Positions 45,370-52,994 of a stretch of 64,000 nucleotides of DNA are shown here, in pieces; position 1 is the stretch's first letter, and each line of letters begins with the position of its first letter. A program made the translations under genes and the position numbers. The notes beneath the pieces are model-generated. The model was not told where the DNA came from and searched no databases. It was given only the letters and a program-made list of their open reading frames with translations. Source of the DNA: a virus; the IMG/VR virus record IMGVR_UViG_3300032288_003949, positions 16,926 to 80,925 of that record. One strand, written 5' to 3'.

Positions 45370-46004
45370 TCAGCTTGCTCCAGCAGGCTGATAATGGCAA
45401 GCGCTCGGCTCTCGGCTCCGGCTTCGATCTGGGTCTGGATTGCCTGTTCGACCATCTCCGCTTCGCCTGCGGTGAATTTCCATGTCAACACTTCGGGCGC
45501 GTTCTGGGCTTCGTGCATCATCGATGCGGCGAGCCGTTCGTCGACATCTTCGCCAGCGTTTTCGACGGCTCTGGCGCTCTCGTATTCAGCTTCGTCCATA
45601 CCGAGCCGTTCTCTGAGCTCGGTTTCGTCCATCTGCTCAGCGAGCTTGGCCAGCACCTTGGCGAGCCTGACTGGGACGAATTCGCCGCGCAGTCGGTTCA
45701 TCGTCAGGAGTCGCAGGCGGGCATCGTCTTCTCCTGCGTCGTCAATCACGCATGGGACGGTTTCTGCATCCGCGTCGCGCAGCACCTTCCATCGGTGTTC
45801 GCCATCGATGATTCGGTAGCGGCCTTCATGTGGTCGCACCAGCACGGGCTGAACAAAGCCACGCTGCAGGATGTCGGCTCGGAGCGCGTCCAGCAATTCG
45901 TCGTTGACGGTGTTCGGGTTCGCTGGATCCGGCTCGATGTCTTTCGTCGGCAGGTCGACCACTTCGACCGACGATCTCCGCATGGATTCGATGCTCTCCG
46001 ACAT
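45366..46004 (-). CDS. ParB/Srx N-terminal domain protein (paralogue)
   Basis: PDPANPN..GFVQPVLVR..YRIIDGEHRW; start MSESIES with TAACAT 7 nt upstream. Confidence 0.88.
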   Translation of the reverse strand: MSESIESMRRSSVEVVDLPTKDIEPDPANPNTVNDELLDALRADILQRGFVQPVLVRPHEGRYRIIDGEHRWKVLRDADAETVPCVIDDAGEDDARLRLLTMNRLRGEFVPVRLAKVLAKLAEQMDETELRERLGMDEAEYESARAVENAGEDVDERLAASMMHEAQNAPEVLTWKFTAGEAEMVEQAIQTQIEAGAESRALAIISLLEQAE

Positions 46005-46078
46005 TCTCTGGATGTTAGCGCGTCGTCTTTCGGCAAAAGCGAAGGGCGCTTTCGCGCCCGTCGCGGGTGCTGCTGCGG

Positions 46079-46330
46079 CTAGATGGTTTCTAGCTGCTGG
46101 GCGGCTGCGAGGTATTCGGCTTCCCACATTCCGATGCCGAGGCCGCTCCACTGGATCTCGTTGCGCTCCAGTCCGTCGATGCTCTCGTCCAGCCTGACCG
46201 ACACGAGGCCGTAGTCGGTGTCGTGGTCGACAACCGTGCCTTCGGCTCCGGCTGGCGCGTCTGCCACATCGCGCTGCACTTCTTCTGTGAGCCTGACGCG
46301 GGTGCCTACTGTGATTTCGCTCATTTCCAT
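46079..46330 (-). CDS. SH3-like hypothetical protein
   Basis: VGTRVRL..G..GTVV; AAGGAG RBS; U-tailed hairpin at about 46035-64. Confidence 0.7.
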   Translation of the reverse strand: MEMSEITVGTRVRLTEEVQRDVADAPAGAEGTVVDHDTDYGLVSVRLDESIDGLERNEIQWSGLGIGMWEAEYLAAAQQLETI

Positions 46331-46435
46331 GGTGTTCTCCTTCTCTCTTGGGTTGCTCCAAGAGCATACCACATCGCGCTACATTTCGTCGCTCGTCTAT
46401 GCTACAGTGGTTGAGCAATCAACGAGAGGAGAATC

Positions 46436-46645
46436 ATGAGGGACGATGGTGGATTCAACCGCGACGAGGTGATCAGCACCAACCTGCGGCTCACCCAAGC
46501 GCAGGCCGAGGTCTTGGTCACGGCGCTCCGCCGCCACGAGCACACTTGCCGCGAGCTTTACACGGCGGACGGCGATGACGAGGCTGAGGTGGCTGGCGGG
46601 ATTCTGGCCTTCGTGTATGCCGCTCGCGAGGGCTACGGCTGCTAG
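46436..46645 (+). CDS. Hypothetical protein
   Basis: TGcTACAGT promoter, AGGAG; terminator-like hairpin at 46670-95. Confidence 0.65.
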   Translation: MRDDGGFNRDEVISTNLRLTQAQAEVLVTALRRHEHTCRELYTADGDDEAEVAGGILAFVYAAREGYGC

Positions 46646-46779
46646 GTAGCCACCTTTTCGCTTCACTTTCGGGTCGCCTTCGGGCGGCCCGTTTGCGTTG
46701 GAGGAAAGAAGCCCGCGCCAAGTGAAGGGAGTCTCGGCACGGGCTTCTGTCTGGTCGACTCTAACAGGCCGTCAGGCGG

Positions 46780-47334
46780 TCAGCCGCTGCATCCCCATCC
46801 CCAGCCGACGCTGTTCCACAGGTTCTGGGCCACGCGCATCTGCTCGCGCCACGGCGCATCTCCTGCGTTGTCGTGCTTTGAGATGTAGCGACCGTTTGCC
46901 TTGCGGCGGAATGCATCCCAGCTCGTCGTGTAGAAACCGAGGCCACCTTCGTAGGTCGGGCCTTGGACTCGCCAATTGACTCCGCCGTAGCCGCTTCCAG
47001 GCTGCTCGCATCGGCCTACCCGAAGCCACACATCGTGGTTCGGGGGCAGGAGCATGCGGTGCGCCTTCTTCCACTGCTGCCGCATCTCAGCTCTTGCCTT
47101 CGGCGTTTCAGCGCAGCGCATCATGTGGCGGTGCTTTGCCTTCGCCGGTTGCCGGATCTTGTAGCGATTCCAGAGCTTCTTGCTCCAGCGGTTGTGCTCG
47201 GCGCTTCCGTGCTGATGCACATGGCCGTCGCATTCCCGCTGTTCTGGGGTTGTCGGCTCGGTGGTCGGCAGGGCTATCCCTGTCGGCACCAAGACCAGCA
47301 GTCCGACGACTGCGTATGTCGCTAGAGACCGCAT
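46780..47334 (-). CDS. Secreted Rpf-like (resuscitation-promoting factor) transglycosylase
   Basis: Signal peptide MRSLATYAVVGLLVLVPTGIA; W.RVGRCEQ..NW..YEGGLGF..SW..A.WREQMRVA..GWGWGC. Confidence 0.85.
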   Translation of the reverse strand: MRSLATYAVVGLLVLVPTGIALPTTEPTTPEQRECDGHVHQHGSAEHNRWSKKLWNRYKIRQPAKAKHRHMMRCAETPKARAEMRQQWKKAHRMLLPPNHDVWLRVGRCEQPGSGYGGVNWRVQGPTYEGGLGFYTTSWDAFRRKANGRYISKHDNAGDAPWREQMRVAQNLWNSVGWGWGCSG

Positions 47335-47987
47335 GCCCATGAGGTGGTCGGCCCGTGTCCTGACACGGCGCGTTGACCTACTCGGATGGCTGCCCATGCG
47401 TGGTAGGCACTGGGGTAGCGTGGGAGCTTGCCCTTGAGCACCTTTACCCGCGTGACACGGACTTTCCTGATCGTGCGCGAGGTCCACTTGCCATCGCTCC
47501 ACTGCGTCCAGCGCTGGACTGCCCGCTTCGGGTTCCGCTTGACCTTCAGCGTCACCTTGCGCGGCGTTCCAGGCCACATCGATCCCCAGATGCTGCCGAA
47601 TTGCAGTAGGCCAGCGTATTGGCCGTTCGATGCCGACCAGCTGTAGCCGGACTCGCATGCGACTCGGTTGCCGAGGTGGGGGCCGCCCCACTTCCGCTGC
47701 TCCGCTTCTAGGATGATGTGGACCTGTGCGACCGAGGGCGTTGCCCACGGATCCCACTTCGTGTTCACGCTTCGCCGGAACGGTATCGGGCGAGTCACCT
47801 TCGACCCAACCGCTACTGGCTTCGCGCATCCGTAGTGCTGTTCGATTCCGCGTGTCTGCGGGCAGCGGTCGCTTGCGTCGGCAATGCCATCGCTGTCTGC
47901 GTCTTCTGGAATCACTGCTGCTGCTGCTATGGCCCCGCCCATGAGAAATGCTGTTATGAGCACGGTCATGAATGTCCTGCGATACAT
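47322..47987 (-). CDS. Secreted lysozyme-fold/Rpf-like transglycosylase with TSP3-like Ca-binding motif
   Basis: Signal peptide; DSDGIADASDRCP; VACESG..ASNGQYAGLLQF..W; terminal WAC. Confidence 0.75.
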   Translation of the reverse strand: MYRRTFMTVLITAFLMGGAIAAAAVIPEDADSDGIADASDRCPQTRGIEQHYGCAKPVAVGSKVTRPIPFRRSVNTKWDPWATPSVAQVHIILEAEQRKWGGPHLGNRVACESGYSWSASNGQYAGLLQFGSIWGSMWPGTPRKVTLKVKRNPKRAVQRWTQWSDGKWTSRTIRKVRVTRVKVLKGKLPRYPSAYHAWAAIRVGQRAVSGHGPTTSWACGL

Positions 47988-48287
47988 CTCGTTCTCCTTT
48001 GTCTCGGTTCAGCCCGACCCACGCAGCAATCGCCTTGGGGCGTTTAGTGGCGATGCACTTCCTACGGGACTTCGGTAACCGAGGCGAGGCTTCTTCCAAC
48101 GGTGTCACCTACCTTGCGGGGCAGGGTGAACGGGGTTCGGACGAGCGCTGGCGGCAGATTTAATCGTCAAGCTGTCTGCCTTACCCGCATGCTTTTCACG
48201 GGGAGACGCAGGCTTCGGATGGCGCGGGTCAATGGTTGACGGCGGTATCGACCTCCTTGGTGGACATCGGTGAAATCATATCAGTTG

Positions 48288-48575
48288 CTAGTTGCTCCAA
48301 TCGAAATTTCGGCCTTCGGCGAGTGCTTCACGCGATTCAGCGGTGAGCTTGCGGATCGTGGCGTGATCGGACTTTTCTCGGACTTCTGCGAGGGCTTCGA
48401 CTTCCGATCTGAGCCAGACTTTCGTAGCTCTCAGCTTGGCGATGGGCTCTGGCATGATGCCGTTCTTGACATAGCGAGCGATGCGGGTGCGCTCCACGCC
48501 GAGGATATCGGCTGCTTCTGCGGCCCCTACGAGGTCGCCTGATTCTTCAGGAGTTCTCCTTACTTCTGCCTTCAT
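48288..48575 (-). CDS. AlpA/excisionase-like HTH protein
   Basis: LVGAAEAADILGVERTRI..G.MPEP..VWLRSEV. Confidence 0.8.
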   Translation of the reverse strand: MKAEVRRTPEESGDLVGAAEAADILGVERTRIARYVKNGIMPEPIAKLRATKVWLRSEVEALAEVREKSDHATIRKLTAESREALAEGRNFDWSN

Positions 48576-48793
48576 GTTTTCCTTTCGTTGAAGAGTTCGT
48601 CGATTATGGCCGTGTCGACCAGCAGTTCCGGCTCGGTAGGCTGTTTCTCTGCCAGCCGCAGGTACTGCTGCCGCGCTTGCCGACGCTGAAGGTTCCGTTT
48701 CCGCCTGTCTCGCTCATGGTGCATTCCGGCAATCAGGCCAAAGCCGGTTGCGACCAAGAAGGTGATCGTGGCGAATATCAGGATGAAGGTCAT
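48572..48793 (-). CDS. Small membrane-anchored protein
   Basis: N-terminal TM helix; ATGA coupling. Confidence 0.65.
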   Translation of the reverse strand: MTFILIFATITFLVATGFGLIAGMHHERDRRKRNLQRRQARQQYLRLAEKQPTEPELLVDTAIIDELFNERKT

Positions 48794-49200
48794 GTCGCTC
48801 GGTAGACTCCTGGAGCTACGCGCTGGACGGACTCGCCCGTCTGCCTTGCGAGCGCTGCTGCTATCGTGCGGTCTGGTGTTGCGCCATCGGTTTCCAAGCC
48901 GTTTTCCATGAGCTGGCGGGCGATCTCCTGATAGTGCATCGGCTGTTGCGTCTGTCGCAGCAGCGCGACTGCCTTGTCACCTATGGTCGGCTCCTTGGGC
49001 TTCGCGGGCTTCGGGTCTGCGGTGCCGTCCCATGTGCGGTTCTCGCCGACTGCGTCGCGGAGCTTCCGCGCTGACCAGTCTCGCCAGTCATCTGGGAGTT
49101 CGTCAAGTCGTCGGAGTTCGATCGGTTCAAGTTCTGCGTTCTCGCTGAGTTGCATGGTGCGGAGTTTCTCGCGCCTTTCGGTTGAGTGCTGCCACTTCAT
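48790..49200 (-). CDS. HARE-HTH domain protein
   Basis: TIGDKAVALLR..QPMHYQEI..GATPDRTIAAAL..RVAPGVY. Confidence 0.75.
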   Translation of the reverse strand: MKWQHSTERREKLRTMQLSENAELEPIELRRLDELPDDWRDWSARKLRDAVGENRTWDGTADPKPAKPKEPTIGDKAVALLRQTQQPMHYQEIARQLMENGLETDGATPDRTIAAALARQTGESVQRVAPGVYRAT

Positions 49201-49240
49201 CTGGTCACGCTACCCATCGTAGCACTTCGCGGGGCGTTAA

Positions 49241-49717
49241 TCAGAGGGAAAGCTGGTCGGCGCTGATCGGCGCTTCTTCCAGCGGCTGCAGGCTGACGCG
49301 TGTCTCTGGGATTTCGTCGCCTATCGCATACCGCTTTATAGCTCGCAATTCGGCTATCTGCGAGTCGTCGTCGTAGGCGACTGTGTTCAGCGCGTCCTGC
49401 ACGATCTTGACCAGATTGTCGATGTCTCCGCCAAATTTTCCGCGCCCAGGTCTTGCCAAGGCGTATTTCTCCTTTATCGCGTTCTGTTTCTCCGCGTCCT
49501 TGAAGTGCGACTTCGGTCGTGGGAAGATGAATTCGCACTCCAGCGCGAGTGGGCCTTCCAGCAGTCCATGTCCCGCTGCCTGCCACAGCAGCGCGATCTC
49601 GCCCATCTTGGCTTCCCGATCTGGCGCGGTGAAGTAGTGCGGTTTCCCGCCACGAAAGTTCGCTTTGGCGCGGGCCCAGGTCATGGGCTTTCCAGGGATT
49701 ACGATGTTGGCGCTCAC
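49241..49717 (-). CDS. rusA: RusA Holliday junction resolvase
   Basis: F.FPRPKSH; DIDNLVKIVQDALN..YDDDSQI. Confidence 0.92.
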   Translation of the reverse strand: MSANIVIPGKPMTWARAKANFRGGKPHYFTAPDREAKMGEIALLWQAAGHGLLEGPLALECEFIFPRPKSHFKDAEKQNAIKEKYALARPGRGKFGGDIDNLVKIVQDALNTVAYDDDSQIAELRAIKRYAIGDEIPETRVSLQPLEEAPISADQLSL

Positions 49718-49743
49718 ATCTATAGCGTGACACGCCTAGGTTG

Positions 49744-50223
49744 CTAACTTCCATTCGGTTTCTCCGGTCGTTCGTCGGCGAGCTTTGTGCCGTAGCGGTC
49801 ATCGGTGCCGAGTTCTTCCTGCTGGAAGGTCCAGAGCGTCAGGGCATGCCACGCTGCGTGGAGCAGGTGGTGTTTTCCGCTCTCGCTGTCGATGTCTTCG
49901 CCGCTCTGCCACAGGTTCAGGTGTCGCTGCATCGCTCCGTAGGCGAGCGACCAGTCGTATCCACGCAGGTAGTTGTAGTCGTCGTATTTCTCAGCGCCGC
50001 GAGCGTAGATCTCGCTCAGTGCCATCAGCGCTTTCGGCGGTAGCAGTTCCATGCGTTGCTCTTTCCGGCCCTTCTGTCCACCTGTGGAGCTGGTGATCCG
50101 TTTCTCTGGCACTGAGGGTATCCCTTCGTGTCTACCTAGCTTCTGTCGTCGCCTGTATATCGAGGTGCGCGGACCTATTTTGCTAGAGGCGCTTTCGAAT
50201 GCGTTCGGGCCGTGCTCTCTCAT
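49744..50223 (-). CDS. dATP/dGTP diphosphohydrolase (DUF5664-like)
   Basis: GAEKY..YNY.RG..YGAMQRHL..WQSGEDIDSESG.HHL.HAAW. Confidence 0.85.
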   Translation of the reverse strand: MREHGPNAFESASSKIGPRTSIYRRRQKLGRHEGIPSVPEKRITSSTGGQKGRKEQRMELLPPKALMALSEIYARGAEKYDDYNYLRGYDWSLAYGAMQRHLNLWQSGEDIDSESGKHHLLHAAWHALTLWTFQQEELGTDDRYGTKLADERPEKPNGS

Positions 50224-50456
50224 CCCGCTATGCCGAAGGCGAGGACGAGGAGGAACAGGATGGAGGCGATAGCTGGAAGTGTCCAGTCTTCGTATTCGGT
50301 GTATTTCTCAGGCTGTCTTGCGCAGGGCAGGCAGTGGATGGCCAAGGGGTATGAGATTGCCGCTCTCTCGCCCCTGTGCAGCGTTCTGTGGCACTTTTCG
50401 CACTCGCCAGGGTCATTGACCGTTCCGACGATGTATCCGCTCCAGCGGTCAGACAT
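50220..50456 (-). CDS. Small Zn-finger membrane protein
   Basis: CEKC..HCLPC; C-terminal TM helix. Confidence 0.6.
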   Translation of the reverse strand: MSDRWSGYIVGTVNDPGECEKCHRTLHRGERAAISYPLAIHCLPCARQPEKYTEYEDWTLPAIASILFLLVLAFGIAG

Positions 50457-51171
50457 CGCGTCTGCGATCCTCTCCGTCGATCCGTGCTGCCTTCCCGTAT
50501 CCGGCGAGGCGTGAGGCGATGGGCTCTCCGTAGGTCTTCTCCAGCTCGTTGTAGCGCATGTTCGTTGTGACCAGCAGCGCCGTGTCGTTGTTGACGCGCT
50601 CGTCGATGGCTTGGAAGAGGATGTCGCGGGTGAAGTCCGTCGGGTTGACCTTGTCGATGTCGTCCATGACCAGCGCGAGGCGCGGGTTCAGCAGCACTGA
50701 GTTGACTTCGTCCCTAGCGGGGTTCTTGAAGCCCGCTCGGTATTGGGCCAGCATGCGGGCGACCGAGAACCAGCGTAGCGGCTTGCGCTCCAAGTAGCCG
50801 TTGGCTGCGGCTGCGGCTGTCCATGTCTTGCCGACTCCGACAGGGCCCGTCAGGACGAGGCCAGGAAGCTCGCCCTTGCTCCACGCAATGGCGCTTTCGA
50901 TGGCTTCATGATTCTCGGTCGTCATGTCCAGCGCGTCGAAGTTGACGCTTCGGAGCTTCGCGGGCATGCCGCTTTCGATGATCCGCATGCCGTGTTGCTC
51001 TCTCGCTTGGAAGGCAGCTTCTTCGGCTTCTTTCGCCGCAGCTTCTTCTGAGCAGCTCTGGCACAGGACGCTCAGGCCCGCCATCAGGTCGAAGCCAGCT
51101 TTGTTCGGCGGCTTCTCCAGCGTTACTGGCTTTCCGCAGTTGCCGCAGGGTTTGTCGAAGGTTTCTACCAT
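50449..51171 (-). CDS. dnaC: DnaC/IstB-like helicase-loader ATPase
   Basis: CGNC..CQSC; GPVGVGKT; LVMDDID; VTTN; SRL; GEDRR. Confidence 0.88.
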   Translation of the reverse strand: MVETFDKPCGNCGKPVTLEKPPNKAGFDLMAGLSVLCQSCSEEAAAKEAEEAAFQAREQHGMRIIESGMPAKLRSVNFDALDMTTENHEAIESAIAWSKGELPGLVLTGPVGVGKTWTAAAAANGYLERKPLRWFSVARMLAQYRAGFKNPARDEVNSVLLNPRLALVMDDIDKVNPTDFTRDILFQAIDERVNNDTALLVTTNMRYNELEKTYGEPIASRLAGYGKAARIDGEDRRRDV

Positions 51172-51950
51172 GGTGCATCTCCCGCCGAGGTTCGGCGCTC
51201 GTCGGCGAACTTTCGCCCATGGCTCGGACGACTATCTGTAGCAAGACATCTTGGGAAGGCTGCAGGGCTGTAGATGACTCCTACGCTCGCGGGCTTGTCT
51301 TCCCACCACGGATCCGCGCAGGTGCGCCTTACGACTTCTAGGTGTTCTTCGGTTGTCACTTCTGGGTGCTCTCGCATTCGGCTCACTATCCGTTTCAGAT
51401 GTTCGGTCGGTCTTCCCCGCGTTCCCATCAGTTGGAAGCGGGTTCCTGCGGCTTCGTTGAATGTCTGCATGATCTTCTGTGCTGTCTCCCATTCTTCGTC
51501 CGTGAGCTTCAGTTTGTCGATCTGAACCTTCGGCGTTCCAAGCGCTGGCGAGCCAAAGTGTTCTTTATCAGTAGTAGTAGAAACAACATCCTCCTTGTTA
51601 CCTACCTCCACTACTGACGGTTCCTCGGAAACAACGGTTGCCGCCGGTAAAGTTTGCCGCCGGTAAAGTTTTCCGGTGGTCGACGGCATGTTCAGGCGAA
51701 TCATGTCGCTTGTTCGGTGTCCGTTATCCTTGTGCCGCTGTTCTCTGATCAGCAATTCCAAGCTCTCCAGCTTCTTCAGTCTCTCTCTTACGGTTCGCTC
51801 GCTGCGCCCGATCTTCTGTCCGAGGCGTTCTTGGCTTGGCCATGCCTTCCCATCATCGTCGGCGTGGTCAGCGATAGCCATCAGCAACAACTTCTCTCCC
51901 TCGCTCAGGCCGTGTTGCTCCCATGCCCACGCCATTGCCCTGACGCTCAT
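51165..51950 (-). CDS. Phage replication initiator (HTH_36 N-terminus)
   Basis: MSVRAMAWAW..EKLLLMAIADHADDDG.AWPSQERL..SERTV; ATGA-coupled start; internal iterons. Confidence 0.85.
   Translation of the reverse strand: MSVRAMAWAWEQHGLSEGEKLLLMAIADHADDDGKAWPSQERLGQKIGRSERTVRERLKKLESLELLIREQRHKDNGHRTSDMIRLNMPSTTGKLYRRQTLPAATVVSEEPSVVEVGNKEDVVSTTTDKEHFGSPALGTPKVQIDKLKLTDEEWETAQKIMQTFNEAAGTRFQLMGTRGRPTEHLKRIVSRMREHPEVTTEEHLEVVRRTCADPWWEDKPASVGVIYSPAAFPRCLATDSRPSHGRKFADERRTSAGDAPW
51638..51680. repeat. Iteron-like direct repeats (putative replication origin)
   Basis: TTGCCGCCGGTAAAGT twice (51638-53, 51654-69) plus a partial third copy; AT-richer stretch at about 51560-51600. Confidence 0.65.
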
Positions 51951-52348
51951 GAATACTCCGCAATCAACTCGTCTTTTAGACCAAGCTCTTTGGCGAAGTC
52001 CCACGCATCGGCTGGGATGGTAATCAGGGGGATCGGGGTATGTCTCACGGTGTGTTTGTGGTGGCAGGCTTGGCAGAGCACAATGCTGTTTCTCGGATCG
52101 GTGAGCAAGGCCAGTCTCCGCATTTCGGGGAGTTTTCTTTCGACCGAGTAGCGTTTCAAGCGGCGCTGGCTGATGACATGGTGGATTTCCAGCCATGCAT
52201 TCGGGTCCCGCTTCGCTGGTGGACACACCTCGCAGCCCTTCCAAGAGCGACGGAGCTTCTTGGCTTCTCGGTAGTAACGATCCCACGCAGCGCGGCTCGG
52301 CTCTGCGGGCGTGTTGTCTGCCTTTCGGACTCCTGGAGTCTCAGTCAT
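51947..52348 (-). CDS. HNH endonuclease
   Basis: CEVC..EIHHV..NSIVLCQACHHKH. Confidence 0.85.
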   Translation of the reverse strand: MTETPGVRKADNTPAEPSRAAWDRYYREAKKLRRSWKGCEVCPPAKRDPNAWLEIHHVISQRRLKRYSVERKLPEMRRLALLTDPRNSIVLCQACHHKHTVRHTPIPLITIPADAWDFAKELGLKDELIAEYS

Positions 52349-52994
52349 GGCATCTCACGCACCAATATCTGCCGGTGTCGTCTGGGATACTGGCGGTGTC
52401 GGTTCCGCAACCTGCACACGGGATCGCTTCGCCGCCTATCCACATTTCCCTTCCCATCGCATCGATTACTACGCTGGCGGGAACGAAGAGCGCGGCGCTT
52501 TCCCATTGTCCGTTGTTGGAGCTTTCGTAGAAGTAGCTCCCCTTCTTGCCGTAGCGATCTAGCCACTGCTCGCCGTTCGCTAGGAAGGCTGCTCGGAGGC
52601 TCTGGAAGGGCATCAGGAAGGCTCTGGGCGTGTCATCTGGGTGGAAGGTGAAGAGGACATACTCCGTGAGCTTCGCTGGGTCTAGCGTCCAACCGATCTT
52701 TCCCTCGCCGTGTCCCTTCGTGCTGTCTGGGACTACGGAGTAGCGTTCCAAGGCGAGCTCTGGCTCGCTGTATTTCCAGTATTTCGACGCTCCGCGCTTG
52801 CGATATTTCGCGTCGACTGGGACATCGCGTCCGTTGCGGAGCTTGGCGAGGTAGTCGATTCCCGCTAGGTCATCTTCTTTCGTGGACTGCCGAGCGCTCT
52901 CGCAGTGGGGCAGCAGTTGTTGTATCGCCCAAATGTCGTAGTCTGCTCGGCGATGCGAGCGGGCCAGTTCGACAGCGAAGGCGTAGTCGCTCAT
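52341..52994 (-). CDS. PD-(D/E)XK restriction-endonuclease-like protein
   Basis: DDLAGIDY..VDAKYR..ELALE..GW; ATGA-coupled to MT-A70 gene. Confidence 0.65.
   Translation of the reverse strand: MSDYAFAVELARSHRRADYDIWAIQQLLPHCESARQSTKEDDLAGIDYLAKLRNGRDVPVDAKYRKRGASKYWKYSEPELALERYSVVPDSTKGHGEGKIGWTLDPAKLTEYVLFTFHPDDTPRAFLMPFQSLRAAFLANGEQWLDRYGKKGSYFYESSNNGQWESAALFVPASVVIDAMGREMWIGGEAIPCAGCGTDTASIPDDTGRYWCVRCHD

Noticed and set aside
47335-48108. N-terminal extension making the Rpf ORF 442 aa
   Set aside because: Overlaps the 47322..47987 gene in another frame; the signal peptide begins at 47334.
47990-48285. c-di-AMP (ydaO) riboswitch upstream of Rpf-like genes
   Set aside because: Could not find the consensus elements by eye; retained only as an unassigned leader.
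49744-50223. Evidence for a Z-base or deazaguanine-substituted genome
   Set aside because: No PurZ, Que/Dpd genes or dedicated polymerase in the window; this family also occurs without them.
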